In this document: positions 23,400 through 35,534 of the stretch, piece by piece
Position numbering within the stretch: the stretch's first letter is position 1
Layout: each line of letters opens with the position of its first letter
Assembly: GCF_004010195.1 (NCBI RefSeq)
Contig: NC_057730.1
Location: 58,278,647 to 58,342,646 of the forward strand
Reading direction: 5' to 3'
Origin: Chiloscyllium plagiosum
Lineage: Eukaryota
DNA length: 64,000 nucleotides
The notes under the pieces: model-generated
What the model was told of the DNA's origin: nothing
Database searches by the model: none
Seen by the model: only the letters and a program-made list of their open reading frames with translations
Program-made: the position numbers and the translations under genes

Positions 23400-23960
23400 G
23401 ATTCTTGTGGTGCAGTTCATGTGTTCCTACTTGTGAGCTAGGAGGCCTGAATTCAAGTCCTGCCTGCTCCAGTGCAGACTCTTGTGGTGCGGTGGTAGTA
23501 ACCCTATCTTTGAGTTAGATCTAGGTTCATGTCCCACCTGCTCTGGAGTTTGTGTCACAGTGTGTTGAACAAGTAGACTAAAGTAACTTTAAAACCGACA
23601 CAAATGACTTTTGTGGGGCATTGCTGTTGTTCCTACCTCTGAGCCAAGAGGCCTAGTTCAAGTCACACCGAGTTCAGAGATATGTATTAACATCTCTGAA
23701 CAATTTGATTTGCTTATAATAGGCTGTGCATGTAAATTTCTAGTTAGCAATACGATTTACTAGTGGTGGTTAATAGATTAAAACAACAAAAAAGTCAACA
23801 GTGATTTGGTTGAGGGTGATATTTTTTTAAAAAAAAGTGGACCTACAGGCTCATTTAGTCCAATGGTAATGTCCCTGCCTCTGAATCAGGAGGACTGGAT
23901 TACGTCCCACCTGCAGCAGAGGTGTGAGATAACATCTTTGAACAGGTTAATTAGGAAATG
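23400..23960 (+). mobile_element. Cluster of four short tRNA-derived SINE-like units
   Basis: Repeated A-box/B-box pattern (TGGTGCGGTGGTAG..GTTCAAGTCCCACCTGC..GAACAGGTT) starting near 23400, 23478, 23606 and 23848. Confidence 0.65.
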
Positions 23961-24261
23961 CAAGAAAGTGGACCGAGGTTAAGAGAATCTCTCGATATTT
24001 TTAAAAAAGCCTCTGGGATGGGTCTGTCCTGGCCTGGGCCTAGCTTATGTATACCATGGGTAGTGATTCTATTTTAGTGTTCAACAATGAGCAATGTTCC
24101 TTCCCTGTCAGGGTTCCTGAGTTATTACAGAAGGCAAGACAGGGCATTGTTTAATAAGGACAACCCAGGAATACAAGCAAATGTGACAAGGACATTTTAG
24201 TGACCATGAGCAAGCTAGAAGACAAGTTAATAAAATATGTCAAACAAAATAAAACAAAAAA

Positions 24262-24385
24262 AATTCAGAACTGAAGCAGCGTTGCTGGACTTGAAACATG
24301 AACTCTGTTTTTCTCTCCACAGATACTGCCAGACCTGCTGAGTTTCTCTGGCAAATTCTAATTTTGTTTTAGATTTCCAGCATCG
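24262..24385 (+). mobile_element. Penelope-like family D terminal fragment (degenerate hammerhead)
   Basis: CTGAAGC..GGACTTGAAACATG..CAGATACTGCCAGACCTGCTGAGTTTCT; related pieces at ~43430-43570 and ~46060-46232. Confidence 0.55.
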
Positions 24386-24402
24386 GTTGTTCAATTTGTT
24401 AT

Positions 24403-25850
24403 AACATAGAAATGTAGAAAATAGGAGGAGGCCATTCGACCCCTTGAACCTGCCCACCAATCAGTATATACATGCTCAATACCCTAATTTTCACCCTCCT
24501 CTACCCCCCACCAATCCCCAGCTTGTTCCTTAATTCCTTTGGCCTTGAACTATATGTACCTCGTCCTTTAAACCATACTTCAACCCCTTTCTGTGGTAAT
24601 AAATTGCACAGATTTGTCACTCTCTGGGTGAAGAAATTTCCACTGTTTTCAGTCCTACATGGTTTGCTCTTTATCCTTAAACTGTAGCCACTGGTTCTGT
24701 ATCCCCACGCAGTTAGGAATATCCATCCTTCATCTAACCTGTCTAATCCTGTTTAGGAACTTATAAAAATTCTATGAGGAGACTGAAATTTCACACAATA
24801 TTCCAGTTGTGACCTCAGCATTGCCCAATGTAATTGCAGTGAGATATCCTTGTTCTTGTATGCTAATCTTCTCACAATGCAGGCCAATGTACTGTCTACC
24901 TTCTGTATTGCCCGTTGGACCTGGTGCACTTGAACTCAGTGACTGGTGCATCCAGGTCTCATTGACCATTTTCTGCTCTCTCCATTTACAGCCAAATAAT
25001 CTGCCTTTCTGGTTTTGCTGCCAAAATGAATTACCTCCCACTTATCCACATTATGCATTGGCCAACTTACTCAGCCTGTCCAAATCACACTGTAAAATCT
25101 CCCCTGCATCCTTTAAGCTCACCCTTCCTCCAGCTTTATGTCCTCTGCAAATTTTGCAATTACATTTAGTTCTCTCATCTAAATCATTAACAGGTATCGT
25201 AAATAGCTGGGGTCCAATGGTCACTGCCTGCTATTCAGAAAAAGACCCATTTATTTCCTGTCTGCTAACCAAATTTGTATACCTCTTCAAGTATGTGCGC
25301 TTGTGAGTAGGGAGTTAATTTTACTCATTAATCTCTAAATGGAATTGTCGGAAGCTTCCTAAAAGTCCAAATGAACCACATCTATTGACTCCTCTGACTA
25401 ACTCTACCAGCTAATCCTCAAGAATTCCAATAGATTTGTCAAATGTGATTTTTTTTATTTTTAAGTCCATACTGACTGTCTGATTCTACCACTAAGTATT
25501 CTGATATAAAATCCTTGATAATGGACTCTAGCATGTTCCCCACTACTGACCTAAGACTCCCTGGTCTATAATTCCCTCTTTGCTTCCTACCTCTTTTCAA
25601 AAAAAAATAGTCAGTTTACATTATCTACCCTTCAATTTGTAGGAACTGTACAGTAGTTTAAGAAATATTGAAGATGACCATCAAAGCATCCACTGGTTCT
25701 AGGGCCATTTCTTTGTGTACTCTGGGATGTAGATTCAGAACCTGGGGATTTATTTGCCTTTAAACCCATTAATTTCTCCAACACCATTTCTCTACTAATA
25801 AAGATTGGCTTCAGTTCTGTCCTCCCATTAAATCCAGTGTACCCTATCAT
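24403..25850 (-). mobile_element. Old CR1 ORF2 3' half, heavily decayed
   Basis: Minus-strand EMVLEKLMGLKANKSPG and CR1 3' UTR. Confidence 0.8.
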
Positions 25851-27649
25851 TTAGTCATAGTCATAGAGATGTACAGCATGGAAATAGACCCTTCGGTCCA
25901 AGCTGTCCATGCCGACCAGATATCCCAACCCAATCTAGTCCCACCTGCCACCTCTTTGTGTGAACACAAGTATGAATATAGTTATCAGTCTTTTACTAAT
26001 TCTCCTGTTGGAATGTAAATGCCTACATTAGTTTTCACTAATCTTTTTCTGTTTATGTAATAATAGGAGCTTTACAGTCAGTTCTTATGTTTCTTGCAAG
26101 CTTACACTCATACTCAACTTTCCACTTCTGAATCAAACTCACCCTCCTCCTTGCTTTCAAACTGTTCTCAGTTCTCCAGCGTATTGTTTTCTCTTATCAT
26201 TTTGTATGCCTTTTTTGTATTTAGCCATTATTCTCTTTCCGCCTATTTGCTCTTTGAATATTTGCCATTTCCCATCCATTGTCATTTCTTTCAGTAATGT
26301 TTCACAAAAACTACACATTTAGAGAGAATTTGAGGTATGCAGAGGTACCAGATAGTGGGCCTCCAGCCCCTTTTTATAGTCATGGTGTACACCCACAAAG
26401 ATGATCCCTGATGGAACTTATAAAGCCAAAACCAAGCTAGTCAAGCAAGTTTTTAATGAAACACTGGGGGATCAGGATATGAGATTCACTGAATGCTTGT
26501 ACAGATAAACAATCTTGAATTTCCTTTAGCTTGATTAACAACTAATGCTTTGGAGCACAGATCAATTGCTATTAAAGTTGAATTTCTGCGGGGGGATCAG
26601 CTCAGGATGGAAATGTTTTCTGGTCCTCCAAAAGAGGCACCAAATACAGTGGGCACACCTTGGGAAATGAAATAATTGTGTATATGGCTGAAATGTAGAG
26701 TTTAGTATTTCTCAGTCAGTGTATCTTAATAAAGTTAAAGCAGACCTGCCTTGCTTTTCTAGCATCGGAAGTACACCAACACTGTCTTAAACAGCCCGAG
26801 TAAAGTGGACATTTCCAACTGAAAGTTTGTTGTTTGGTTGAATGTTTTAAACATTTTTTGACTGGTTATTTGGTAGCATACCTTTTTTAGTTTAATTACT
26901 CAGTCAATCTTAGTCAGATATCTCTTCATACCAATGTGACTGGTTTGTTGAAAATTCTTTTTGAACGAGATGTTTTGGAGTTCAATGTAATATGAAATTC
27001 CATATGTTGCGATCACTTTCTCAGCAAATCCTTTACAGTTAGAGTACTAACTCATTCTGCCTCATTACTAGATTGAAAATAACTTTGTCCTTAGTTGGTT
27101 TCCCAACATATTATTCTAGGAAGCAGTTGTAAACTGTTGAAAAAAATCATATTCCAGACAATCTTTGCCAATTTTATTTGTCTGATCTACACAGTGAATC
27201 CTCACTGAAAGGTTGACGTGTGTTCTTGAAACTCATGAGTTCAAGTGGTTTAATTTATTTGTAGTGATGCTCCTTGATTACTGATTGTATAGAATTTAAA
27301 AATGTTCTTATCGAAGAGCTGCATTCTGTACTTAAGCTACCTGGGCAACTACTCCATAATGTCACTCCCTCATTGTTCATCCAGTAGTTGTCATGGGCAT
27401 GCTCAGGAGCCTCTGCTGGGAATGTGGTGTTCTGAATGGTTTTATGTTTGAAAGTTAGTGTTGAATTTAATTTTATTCCATTGACCCTGCAGACCCCCAG
27501 TACCCCGACAGATCTTGTCTTTTTGATTTCGATTAGCTTGGCCTCGAGGATATGGTGGTGAGATGTGACGAAAAAGAACGTGTGCTAAAGATGGCATCTG
27601 CTCAAAACTGTAAATCTGATTTCATTTTCTGTTTGTTTTTTACTTGAAG

Positions 27650-27749
27650 GCACTCCAGAGACAGGAATTACAAAGCAGAGTTAAAGTCGTGCTGCTTCGA
27701 GGCTGTACCTCTCGAATTTGGTGACTTCCATCCTCTGAAACTTATTACA
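27650..27749 (+). CDS. VPS35L: VPS35L exon 2 ([33 protein letters not shown])
   Basis: aag| acceptor after U-tract, |gtgcgt donor; matches recalled human ..[17 protein letters not shown]. Confidence 0.96.
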
Positions 27750-28914
27750 GTGCGTTTCTCAGTAACATTGCTCTGTCTCCTTTTTTTTTAAAAAAAAATA
27801 AGATCATTGATAGTCAAGTCAAGTTGACTATTAGGCTGAAAAGACAAGATGGCATTGTCACATTGAACCATTTCTGTGTTGTGTTTGTGATCCTGTAGTC
27901 CAAGTACATTTCCACAAAGGGTTAAAGGCATTTGAGTTGGATGAAGCTGAAAAAGGCAGTGTATGACTGATGGCAGTTGAAGAATAAATTATATAATGAA
28001 GTGCAAAGTGCAGTAAGAGCATTAAAGGAGCAGTCATCATTCTATACCTGTACTAACAGCAAAGGGAAGCTCAATATACTGACAGTAATCGGGTTAGTAG
28101 AAGAGCAGTAAGGGTCAGTTGGGGACCGAAATGAAGATTGATTGGGAGAGACAGAGGACTGCTGACTGAATGCTGCATGAATGCATTGCCTTGTTGTTTA
28201 CCAAGGAAGAGGACTTTGCCAATTCTAAGATTAAATTAAGCAGTTTTGGAGTACTGAATAAGATAGAGGACATGTTAGAAAAGCTGACAGTAGTGAAAGT
28301 GAAAATTCATCTGGAGGAAATAATTCCTAGATTGCTGAAGGAAGGAATGGTATAAATTATGGCGATTCTGGCAACAATCTTATAATTTTTTAGGTTTTGA
28401 TGTGGTGTCAGAGGACTGAAGGATTGTAAATGTTGCCATTTTGTTCATTTAAGCCGAGAAATATAAGCCCTGGCAACTGCAGGCCAGTCATTTTAATCCT
28501 GCTGGTTGGGAAACTATTTGAAACAATCTGAAAGCATTAACAGCCACTTTGGGTGGTACTGATTTTGTTATAGGCAAATTGTGTTTCTGACTTTGTACTT
28601 TGATGTGAGAGAGAGGATGGATGAAAGCAGTGTACTTGAAGTGCATATAGACTTTCACTGTGGGTGGTGCGGTGAATAAGTCGCAAAGGAGAGGGGGTCG
28701 AAGAGATGAGGGAGTGTTGTTCCATGAATTGGCTGGAGAAGCTGGGATTGTTGTGATGAGGCAAGATTTGGTGGACAAGTTGTAAAGCCATGGAGTCAAG
28801 AAAGATAAACTTTCAGTGAGCTGAGGGTGGACAAGAAGAGACTTTGAAAATATTTTGGTTAAGATTTCAAATGCAGGCGAAATACAATTTTTTTTTTGTA
28901 TTTGATGAAAATGC

Positions 28915-30225
28915 CAATCGAAGGGAGAATAGCCATTTGGATACAGAACTGACTCAAAGATAGAAGAAAGAGGGTGGTGGTGGTGGTGGAGGGTTGCTTT
29001 TCAGATTGAAGGCCTGTGACTAGTGGTCTACTACAAGGATCGGTGTTGTGTCCACTGCCTTTTGTCACTTTTTTATATAAATGATTTGGATGCGAACATA
29101 GGAGGTATAGTTAGTAAGTTTGCAGATGACTCCAAAATTGGAGGTGTCGTGGGCAGTGAAGAAGATTCCCTCAGAGTATAACAGAATCTTGATCAGATGG
29201 GCTGAGGAATTTAGATCAATGTGACGTACTACATTTTGGAAAGATAACTCAGGGCAGGACTTGTACACTTTAATGGTAAGGTCCTAGGGAGTGGTGTTGA
29301 ACAAATATTTTGGAGTGCAGCTTCATAGTTCCTTGAAAGTGGAGTCTCCGATAAATAATATAGTGAAGAAGGCGTTTAGTATGCTTTCCTATATTGGTCT
29401 AAGTTGAGAGGTCATTTTGCAGCTGTACAGGACATTAGTTAGGCCACTTTTGGAATATTGTGTGCAATTCTAGTGTCTCTCCTAAAGGAAAGATGTTGTG
29501 AAACTTGAAAATCTTTTCTGAACCCTTACAAGGATGTTAGGAGAAAGTGAGGACTGCAGATGCTGGAGATCAGAGCTGAAAATGTGTTGCTGGAAATGCG
29601 CAGCAGGTCAGGCAGCATCCCAGGAGCAGGAGAATCGACGTTTCGGGCATGAGCCCTTCTTTAGGAATCATGCCCAAAATATCGATTCGTGAAGAAGGGC
29701 TCATGCCCGAAACGTCGATTCTCCTGCTCCTTGGATGCTGCCTGACCTGCTGCGCTTTTCCAGTAGCACATTTTCAACTTACAAGGAAGTTGCCAGGGTT
29801 GGAAGGTTTGAGCTATAGGGAGAGGCTGAATAGGCTGGGGCTATTTTTCCTTGGAGCGTCGGAGGCTGAGGGATGACTTTTATAGAGATTGATAAAATCA
29901 AGAGGGCATGGGTATGATAAATAGACAAGGTCTTTTCCCTGGGGTGGGGGAGTCCAGAACTAGAGGGCATAGGTTTAGTGTGAGAGGGGAAAATGGGCAA
30001 CTTTTTCATGCAAAGGGTGTGTGGTTATGGAATGAGCTTCCAGAGGAACTGTTGGAGGCTGGCACAATTACAACCTTTAAGAGGCATCTGGATAGATACA
30101 TGACAAGGAAGGGTTTAGAGAATTTGTGCCAAGTGCGGGCAAGTGGGACTAGATTAATTTAGGATATCTGGTCAACTGGCCGAGTTGGACCAAAGGGTCA
30201 GTTTCCATGCTGTCTAACTCTGAAT
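28915..30225 (+). mobile_element. CR1 3' part interrupted by a PLE
   Basis: Colinear with 1-1113; an older CR1 fragment lies at ~28060-28650. Confidence 0.9.
29539..29778. mobile_element. Penelope-like family A fold-back insertion, 13-bp TSD, mutated hammerhead motif on each strand
   Basis: ~95-bp inverted arms; TTACAAGGA(T/A)GTT at 29526-29538 and 29779-29791. Confidence 0.9.
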
Positions 30226-30310
30226 CTTACATTGGCACAACAGCTTGCAGAGTTGTATCAAGGAGAGTTAATACAGAAAGATAATGCATTTATTTGACCA
30301 TTCCTTGTAG

Positions 30311-30502
30311 GTCACTGAGTCAAAGACTAAGAAAATAGTGCGTAAAGGAAGTACTTCTTCTACATCATCTTCATCCTCCAGTTCGATGATGGACCCTCTG
30401 AGCAGCATGCTGGATGGGAGTGATCCTCTGTCACAGTTTGTTGCAACAGCAGATCCTCTGACGTCTGCAGTCATGGGAGCAGGAAAAAACAATGCCAACA
30501 TG
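30311..30502 (+). CDS. VPS35L: VPS35L exon 3 ([64 protein letters not shown])
   Basis: tag| acceptor, |gtattt donor, 192 nt; matches recalled human [32 protein letters not shown]. Confidence 0.96.
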
Positions 30503-30744
30503 GTATTTTCAAACTTTCTTGACTATGCCGTTCCATTTTTGATTTTTAAATAAGCTCAGCATACTGTTCCCCCAAATTACAGATATTTGATTTGTGTTCT
30601 TAATGAATTTTTAATCTTGCTGTTCATTTTTGTTATGAATCATTTTCAAAGTAAATCGGGAGTATTCATTTTCTCCTTTGAATACTTCTATTTGAAATTT
30701 TGAGTTCAAACTACTAAATAATAAAGTTGGTGGGGCCGACTCAC

Positions 30745-30955
30745 CCCTCTACCTAATCCCTGTAACCCTGCATTTCCCATAGCTAATCCACCTAGCCTGC
30801 ACATCCCTGGACTGTGGAGAAAGCCAGAGGTAACCCATGCTGACGTGGGGAAAATGTGCAAATTCCACATAGGCAGTCACCCAAGGCTGGAATCAAACCT
30901 GGGTCTCTGACGGTGATGAGTTGACAGTGCTAATCATTGAGCCATTGTGCTGCAC
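30745..30955 (-). mobile_element. V-SINE (HE1-like)
   Basis: Minus strand A-box TGGCTCAATGA, B-box GGTTTGATTCC, V-domain TTTGCACATTTTCCCC. Confidence 0.8.
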
Positions 30956-31547
30956 CATCGGTTATCTGTCAGTTTAGTGTCTACAGTTAATAATTGTAAA
31001 TATTTCTGTAGCTGTAGTGATTTGTTTCAAAATTGTTTGGAGGCCTAACTTTAATGTGTTTTAGTGCACCATTAATAGGTTTTCTTGTTTATCTTAGATT
31101 ATTTTATGACTTCTGGAGTTTATTTAATCTTCAAGGAGAATCGGTAACTTAAAGATGAAGATTGAGTTTCTATTTTCTTGGCATTTTGAGCAGTTCTGGA
31201 ATAAGGTTGGTAGATCAGTGCAGCTGAAAAGGGATGGATGTATGATGAGATAGGTTCAATTAGAGTGAAGAGTCGGTGTTTCTCCTATACCAGAAATGTT
31301 GGGATAAACCCTGAAGAGGCTGAGTACATGTAAACTCAAGTATGTAATGGCCGCACAAAGTAGCAGTCGAACAGTTGACGTCCCAGTGGCTTAATCCGAC
31401 TGAGGTGTTGTATTCAAAGATTCTGAGTGTATTTTGTGTGATGCTTTAGTTGCGCTAGTAGGGTTTATTTTAGATACCAGACAAAAGCTGTTTTCTTTTC
31501 AATGCAATTTATAAAGTGGTTTTGGGATTAATGGAATTACACTTGTA

Positions 31548-32581
31548 CAGGTACACAATCCTTTATCGGAGACGCTTGGGACCAACTGGTTTTCGGAATT
31601 TGGAATTTTTCAAATTTTCAGATTAAGTGCCAGTTCAACAATGAAATTTCAAAAAAATCTTACTGAGCAGCAGACTCACGGTGAGTAGTGGGCTCTGAGA
31701 CAGAATTCAGGCCTGCCAGAGCTGGGCCATCCCCTGCCATGTCGCATCTGAGTGACATGCATCGATTGGGTGTGGAGTTGAGTTAACTGCACGCCAAACA
31801 GCCAAAGAACAAAGAAAATTTACAGCCCAGGAACAGGCCCTTCGGCCCTCCAAGCCTGAGTCGATCCAAGTGTACTGTCTAAACCTGTCGGTCAATTTTT
31901 AAGCATCTGTATCCCTCTACTCTCCACCTACTCATGCATCTGTCCAGGCGCATCTTAAATGAATCTACCGTGCCTGCCTCCACCACCTCTGCTGGCAACA
32001 CGTTCCAAATGCCCACCACCCTCTGTGTGAAGTACTTGCCTCGTGTATCCCCCTTAAACTTTCCACCTCTCACCTTGAAAGCGTGACCTCTCGTTATTGA
32101 ATCCTTCACCCTGGGAAAAAGCTTGTCTCTATCCACCCTGTCTATACCCTTCATGATCTTGTAGACCTCAATTAGGTCCCCCCTCAATCTCCTTTTTCCT
32201 AAGGAAATCAAACCTAATCTACTCAACCTCTCTTCATAGCTAGCACCTTCCATACCAGGCAACATCCTCGTAAACCTTCTCTGCACCCTCTCCAAAGCGT
32301 CCCCTGCACTCCCAGATCTCTCTGCATAGCAACTTTTCCCAAGGCTCTTCCGTTCATTGTATAATTTACTCTGGAATTAGTCTTGCCTAAATGCATCACC
32401 TCACATTTGTCTGGATTGTAAACCATCTGCCACTTTTCCGCCCAACTCTCCAGTCTATCTATATCCTCTTGTATTCTCTGACGGTCCCTTATGCTTAATG
32501 AGATAAAAATGTCACACAGAAACCATTTAGACTTTGGAAGTTTTTGGATTTTGGGATTTCAGATAAAGGTTTGTCTACCTT
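31548..32581. mobile_element. Tc1/mariner-Tigger-like MITE split by a CR1
   Basis: TA|CAGGTACACAATCCTTTATC ... GATAAAGGTTTGTCTACCTT|TA: inverted ends with TA flanks. Confidence 0.75.
31804..32495 (-). mobile_element. Young CR1 3' fragment (third subfamily)
   Basis: ERVQRRFTRMLPGMEGASYEERL..RGDLIEVYKIMKG; (TTCTTTG)n tail. Confidence 0.92.
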
Positions 32582-32710
32582 TACTGTTTTCAAAAAGTCG
32601 TTCACTTTGAAGTAATTGAGGCAGGTCCTAAGTCTGCCACAGCCAAAACAGGACTGAACCTGTACTGTAAATGCTGATCCTAGCCACAAGCTAACCATCT
32701 AATCAACTGG

Positions 32711-32840
32711 GAGAAAGTGAGGACTGCAGATGCTGGAGATCAGAGCTGACCTGAAGAAGGGCATATGCCCAAAATGTTGATTCTCCTGCTCCTTGGATGC
32801 TGTCTGACCTGCTGCGCTTTTCCAGCAATACATTTTTCAG
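32711..32840. mobile_element. Penelope-like family A short fold-back insertion, 15-bp TSD
   Basis: CATC(T/C)AATCAACTGG at 32696-32710 and 32841-32855; degenerate hammerhead CTGAAGAAGGGCATATGCCCAAAATG. Confidence 0.85.
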
Positions 32841-33012
32841 CATCCAATCAACTGGTCTAACTGTCCCCTTTGGTCTCTACAGCATTTTCATTTGACCTAC
32901 TTTCCTTGTTAAGGCTCAACCTTGATAAGGATTGGATTATAATATACAGACGTTATAAAAGTCGAAGGTTGTTAACTTGCATTGACAGATTCATTTCTGT
33001 GTTATTACCCAG

Positions 33013-33135
33013 GATCCTGGTAAGAAACAACGTGACAAAGCAGAGGACACAGCAGTTGGGAGTGACTTTGAGCCATGGTCTGGAAAACGCACCTATATAC
33101 TTACACGGTACACGACTACAGAAAAACTTTCCATT
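33013..33135 (+). CDS. VPS35L: VPS35L exon 4 ([41 protein letters not shown])
   Basis: cag| acceptor, |gtaaga donor; matches recalled human [27 protein letters not shown]. Confidence 0.96.
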
Positions 33136-33299
33136 GTAAGAAATTTTTACATGTTCTTCAAATGTTTAATATTATGTAACAGCATTCAAAGGTATTGCAT
33201 TGTTTTATTCTTCTACCTCAAAATCTAATTCTGAGGAAACAATTTGGACAATTGCCTTTAGCTTGACAGTGTTTAAACAAACTTGATAATGTGTGAGAT

Positions 33300-34500
33300 G
33301 CAGGATGTCATGAGTGGTGTGCCACAGGACCTGACACTCAGGTCCTAACTCTTCTATTGTTTAATGACACAAAGACAGGTAGGAAAGTGAGTTGTGAGGA
33401 GGACATAAGGAGCCTACAAAGGGACATAGACAGGCTAAGTGAGTGGGAAAAGACCTGGCAAATAGAATACAATGCAGGTAAGTATGAAACTTTTCATTTT
33501 GGCTGAAAGAATAAAAAGAAATGTTACCCAAATGGTGTAAGGTTGCAGAGCTGTGAGATGCAGAGACATCTGGATATCGTAGTGGATGAATCACAAAAGG
33601 ACAGTATGCAGGTATGCAACTCATCAGGAAAGCTCAATAGAATGTTGTGATGATTGAGAGGAGAATTGAATGCAGGATTCGTGAAATTATGCTTCACTTA
33701 AAAAGGGCTTTAGTGTGAGTGCATTTGGAGTACAGTGTACTGTACTGGTCACCATACTTTGAGAAGGATATTAATGTGTTGGAAGCAGTTCAGAGAAGGT
33801 TTCCTCGAATAACACTTTGAAGAACAGATTGTCTTAGGTTGACTCCTTAGGTTGTGTCCTCTAGACTTCTTAGAAAAGTCAGAGGTGACTTAATTGAAGC
33901 CTCTAAGATCTTGAGGGGACTTGATCTTGAAAAGCTGTTTCCCCTTGTGGGAGGATGTAGACCTAGAGGTCATAATTTAATAAAAAAGACCATGCCCATT
34001 TAAAACAGTTTTTGCTTCCTGTCAGACAGTTGAGTGTCTCTGAAATTGCATTGCTGAAAAGATATCGGTGCAGAATTTTTAAATATTCTTATGGCAGAGG
34101 TAAATTCTTGATACAGGGGACATGGTGGCTCAGTGGTTAGCACTGCTTCCTCATAGTGCCAGGGAATTGGGTTTGATTCTGCCTTCGGGTGACTGTCTGT
34201 CTGTGTTGAATTTGCATGTTCTTCCTCTGTCGACATGGGTTTCCTCCAGGTACTCTGGTTTCTCCCACAGTCCAAACATGTCGGGTTAGTGGATTAGCCA
34301 TGGAACATCCAGGGTTACAGGGATAGGGTGGGTATGGAGTCGATGGACCTAATGGTCTGCTTCCATCGGGTTTCTATGATTATCAAGGGATGAAAGGTTA
34401 TCAGACAAATGCAGGAATGTGGAGTTGAGGTTAAGATCAGATCAACTGTGATCATATTGAGTGGTGGAGCAGGCTCAAGTGACTGGCTACACTTGTACTT
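33300..34500 (+). mobile_element. Old CR1 3' part with nested V-SINE
   Basis: Degenerate RT (GTGCCACAGG..., GAGTGGG..ACCTGGCAAAT) and 3' UTR. Confidence 0.7.
34116..34380 (+). mobile_element. V-SINE (HE1-like)
   Basis: A-box TGGCTCAGTGG, B-box GGTTTGATTC, V-domain TTTGCATGTTCT..GGGTTTCCTCC..CCCACAGTCCAAA. Confidence 0.82.
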
Positions 34501-35073
34501 GGTTCTTTTATAATATTTTAAAGATTTAATTGTAAGAGTATACTGTCAGAATGTCCAGATGTTTTTGTGTTCTGACATGTATAACTGAATGTAGTAATTG
34601 TAGTTCAGAATTTATGATCCAACAGTTTCTAGTATGCAATCCAAATATCTAAGAGATTCGAATGAATCACAAGTAACCAGAGTGACTGTGAAAAACGTGA
34701 ATGTTCAAGATGGTTTGTGGTTTATTTTCATAATATGATACAGTTGCATACTGCTTTGTAAATTGCATGTTGAAATTACTTGCCATTGTGTCTCAACTTT
34801 GCTGTTATGGTACTTGTACCATGTAATAGTCTGTTTGAGAGTTTATAGCTTTTACGAGTGAAATTAGGAAGGAACATTTGGGAATAAAAGGTGTCAGTTG
34901 TGCAGTAATCACAAATATTCATTGTTTCCACAAAGACTGTTAAGTTTATAATATTTGAATGCAGGCAGTCAAAACACATGGAACTGAATGATGCATGTTT
35001 TGTTTTCTACTGTAGGATAGAATTCTTGCATATTTTAGGAATAATTCTGACTTTTTATGCATTTATTTTACAG

Positions 35074-35098
35074 AATTTATTTCTGGGATCTGAGAAAG
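35074..35098 (+). CDS. VPS35L: VPS35L exon 5, 25-nt microexon (NLFLGSEK-G)
   Basis: CTGAC branch-like site, U-rich tract, cag| acceptor, AG|gtaagg donor; human recalled as NLFMGSEKG. Confidence 0.93.
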
Positions 35099-35534
35099 GT
35101 AAGGAATATGTTTGCTTCAGTGAAATGTATGACTTTCACCTTCAGTCAAAACTTTCACAATTTGGCAGGGTTGTGGAAGTCTGGAGGCGATACACTCTGA
35201 TCATAAGGGTTGGAGTAGAATTAAATCAAGTTGTTGTGGCTGATATGTTTCTCAACTTCATTCTCCTGCTTTCTTCCTATAATACTCAACCCCCTAACCA
35301 ATCAAGAACCCATTTATGACTGTCTTAAATACCACCAATGATTTGACCTCCATAGCCCTGTCCAACAATGAGTTCCATAGATTAACCATCCTCTGGATGA
35401 AGAAATTCATCTGTAGCTCAGTTCTGAAAGGTTATCCCTTAAACTCTAAAGCTTTGTCCTTGGATTCCAGTCTGTCCCACTTTTGGAAACACCTTCTCCA
35501 TATCCACTCTATCCAGGCCTCCCAGTATTCTTTG

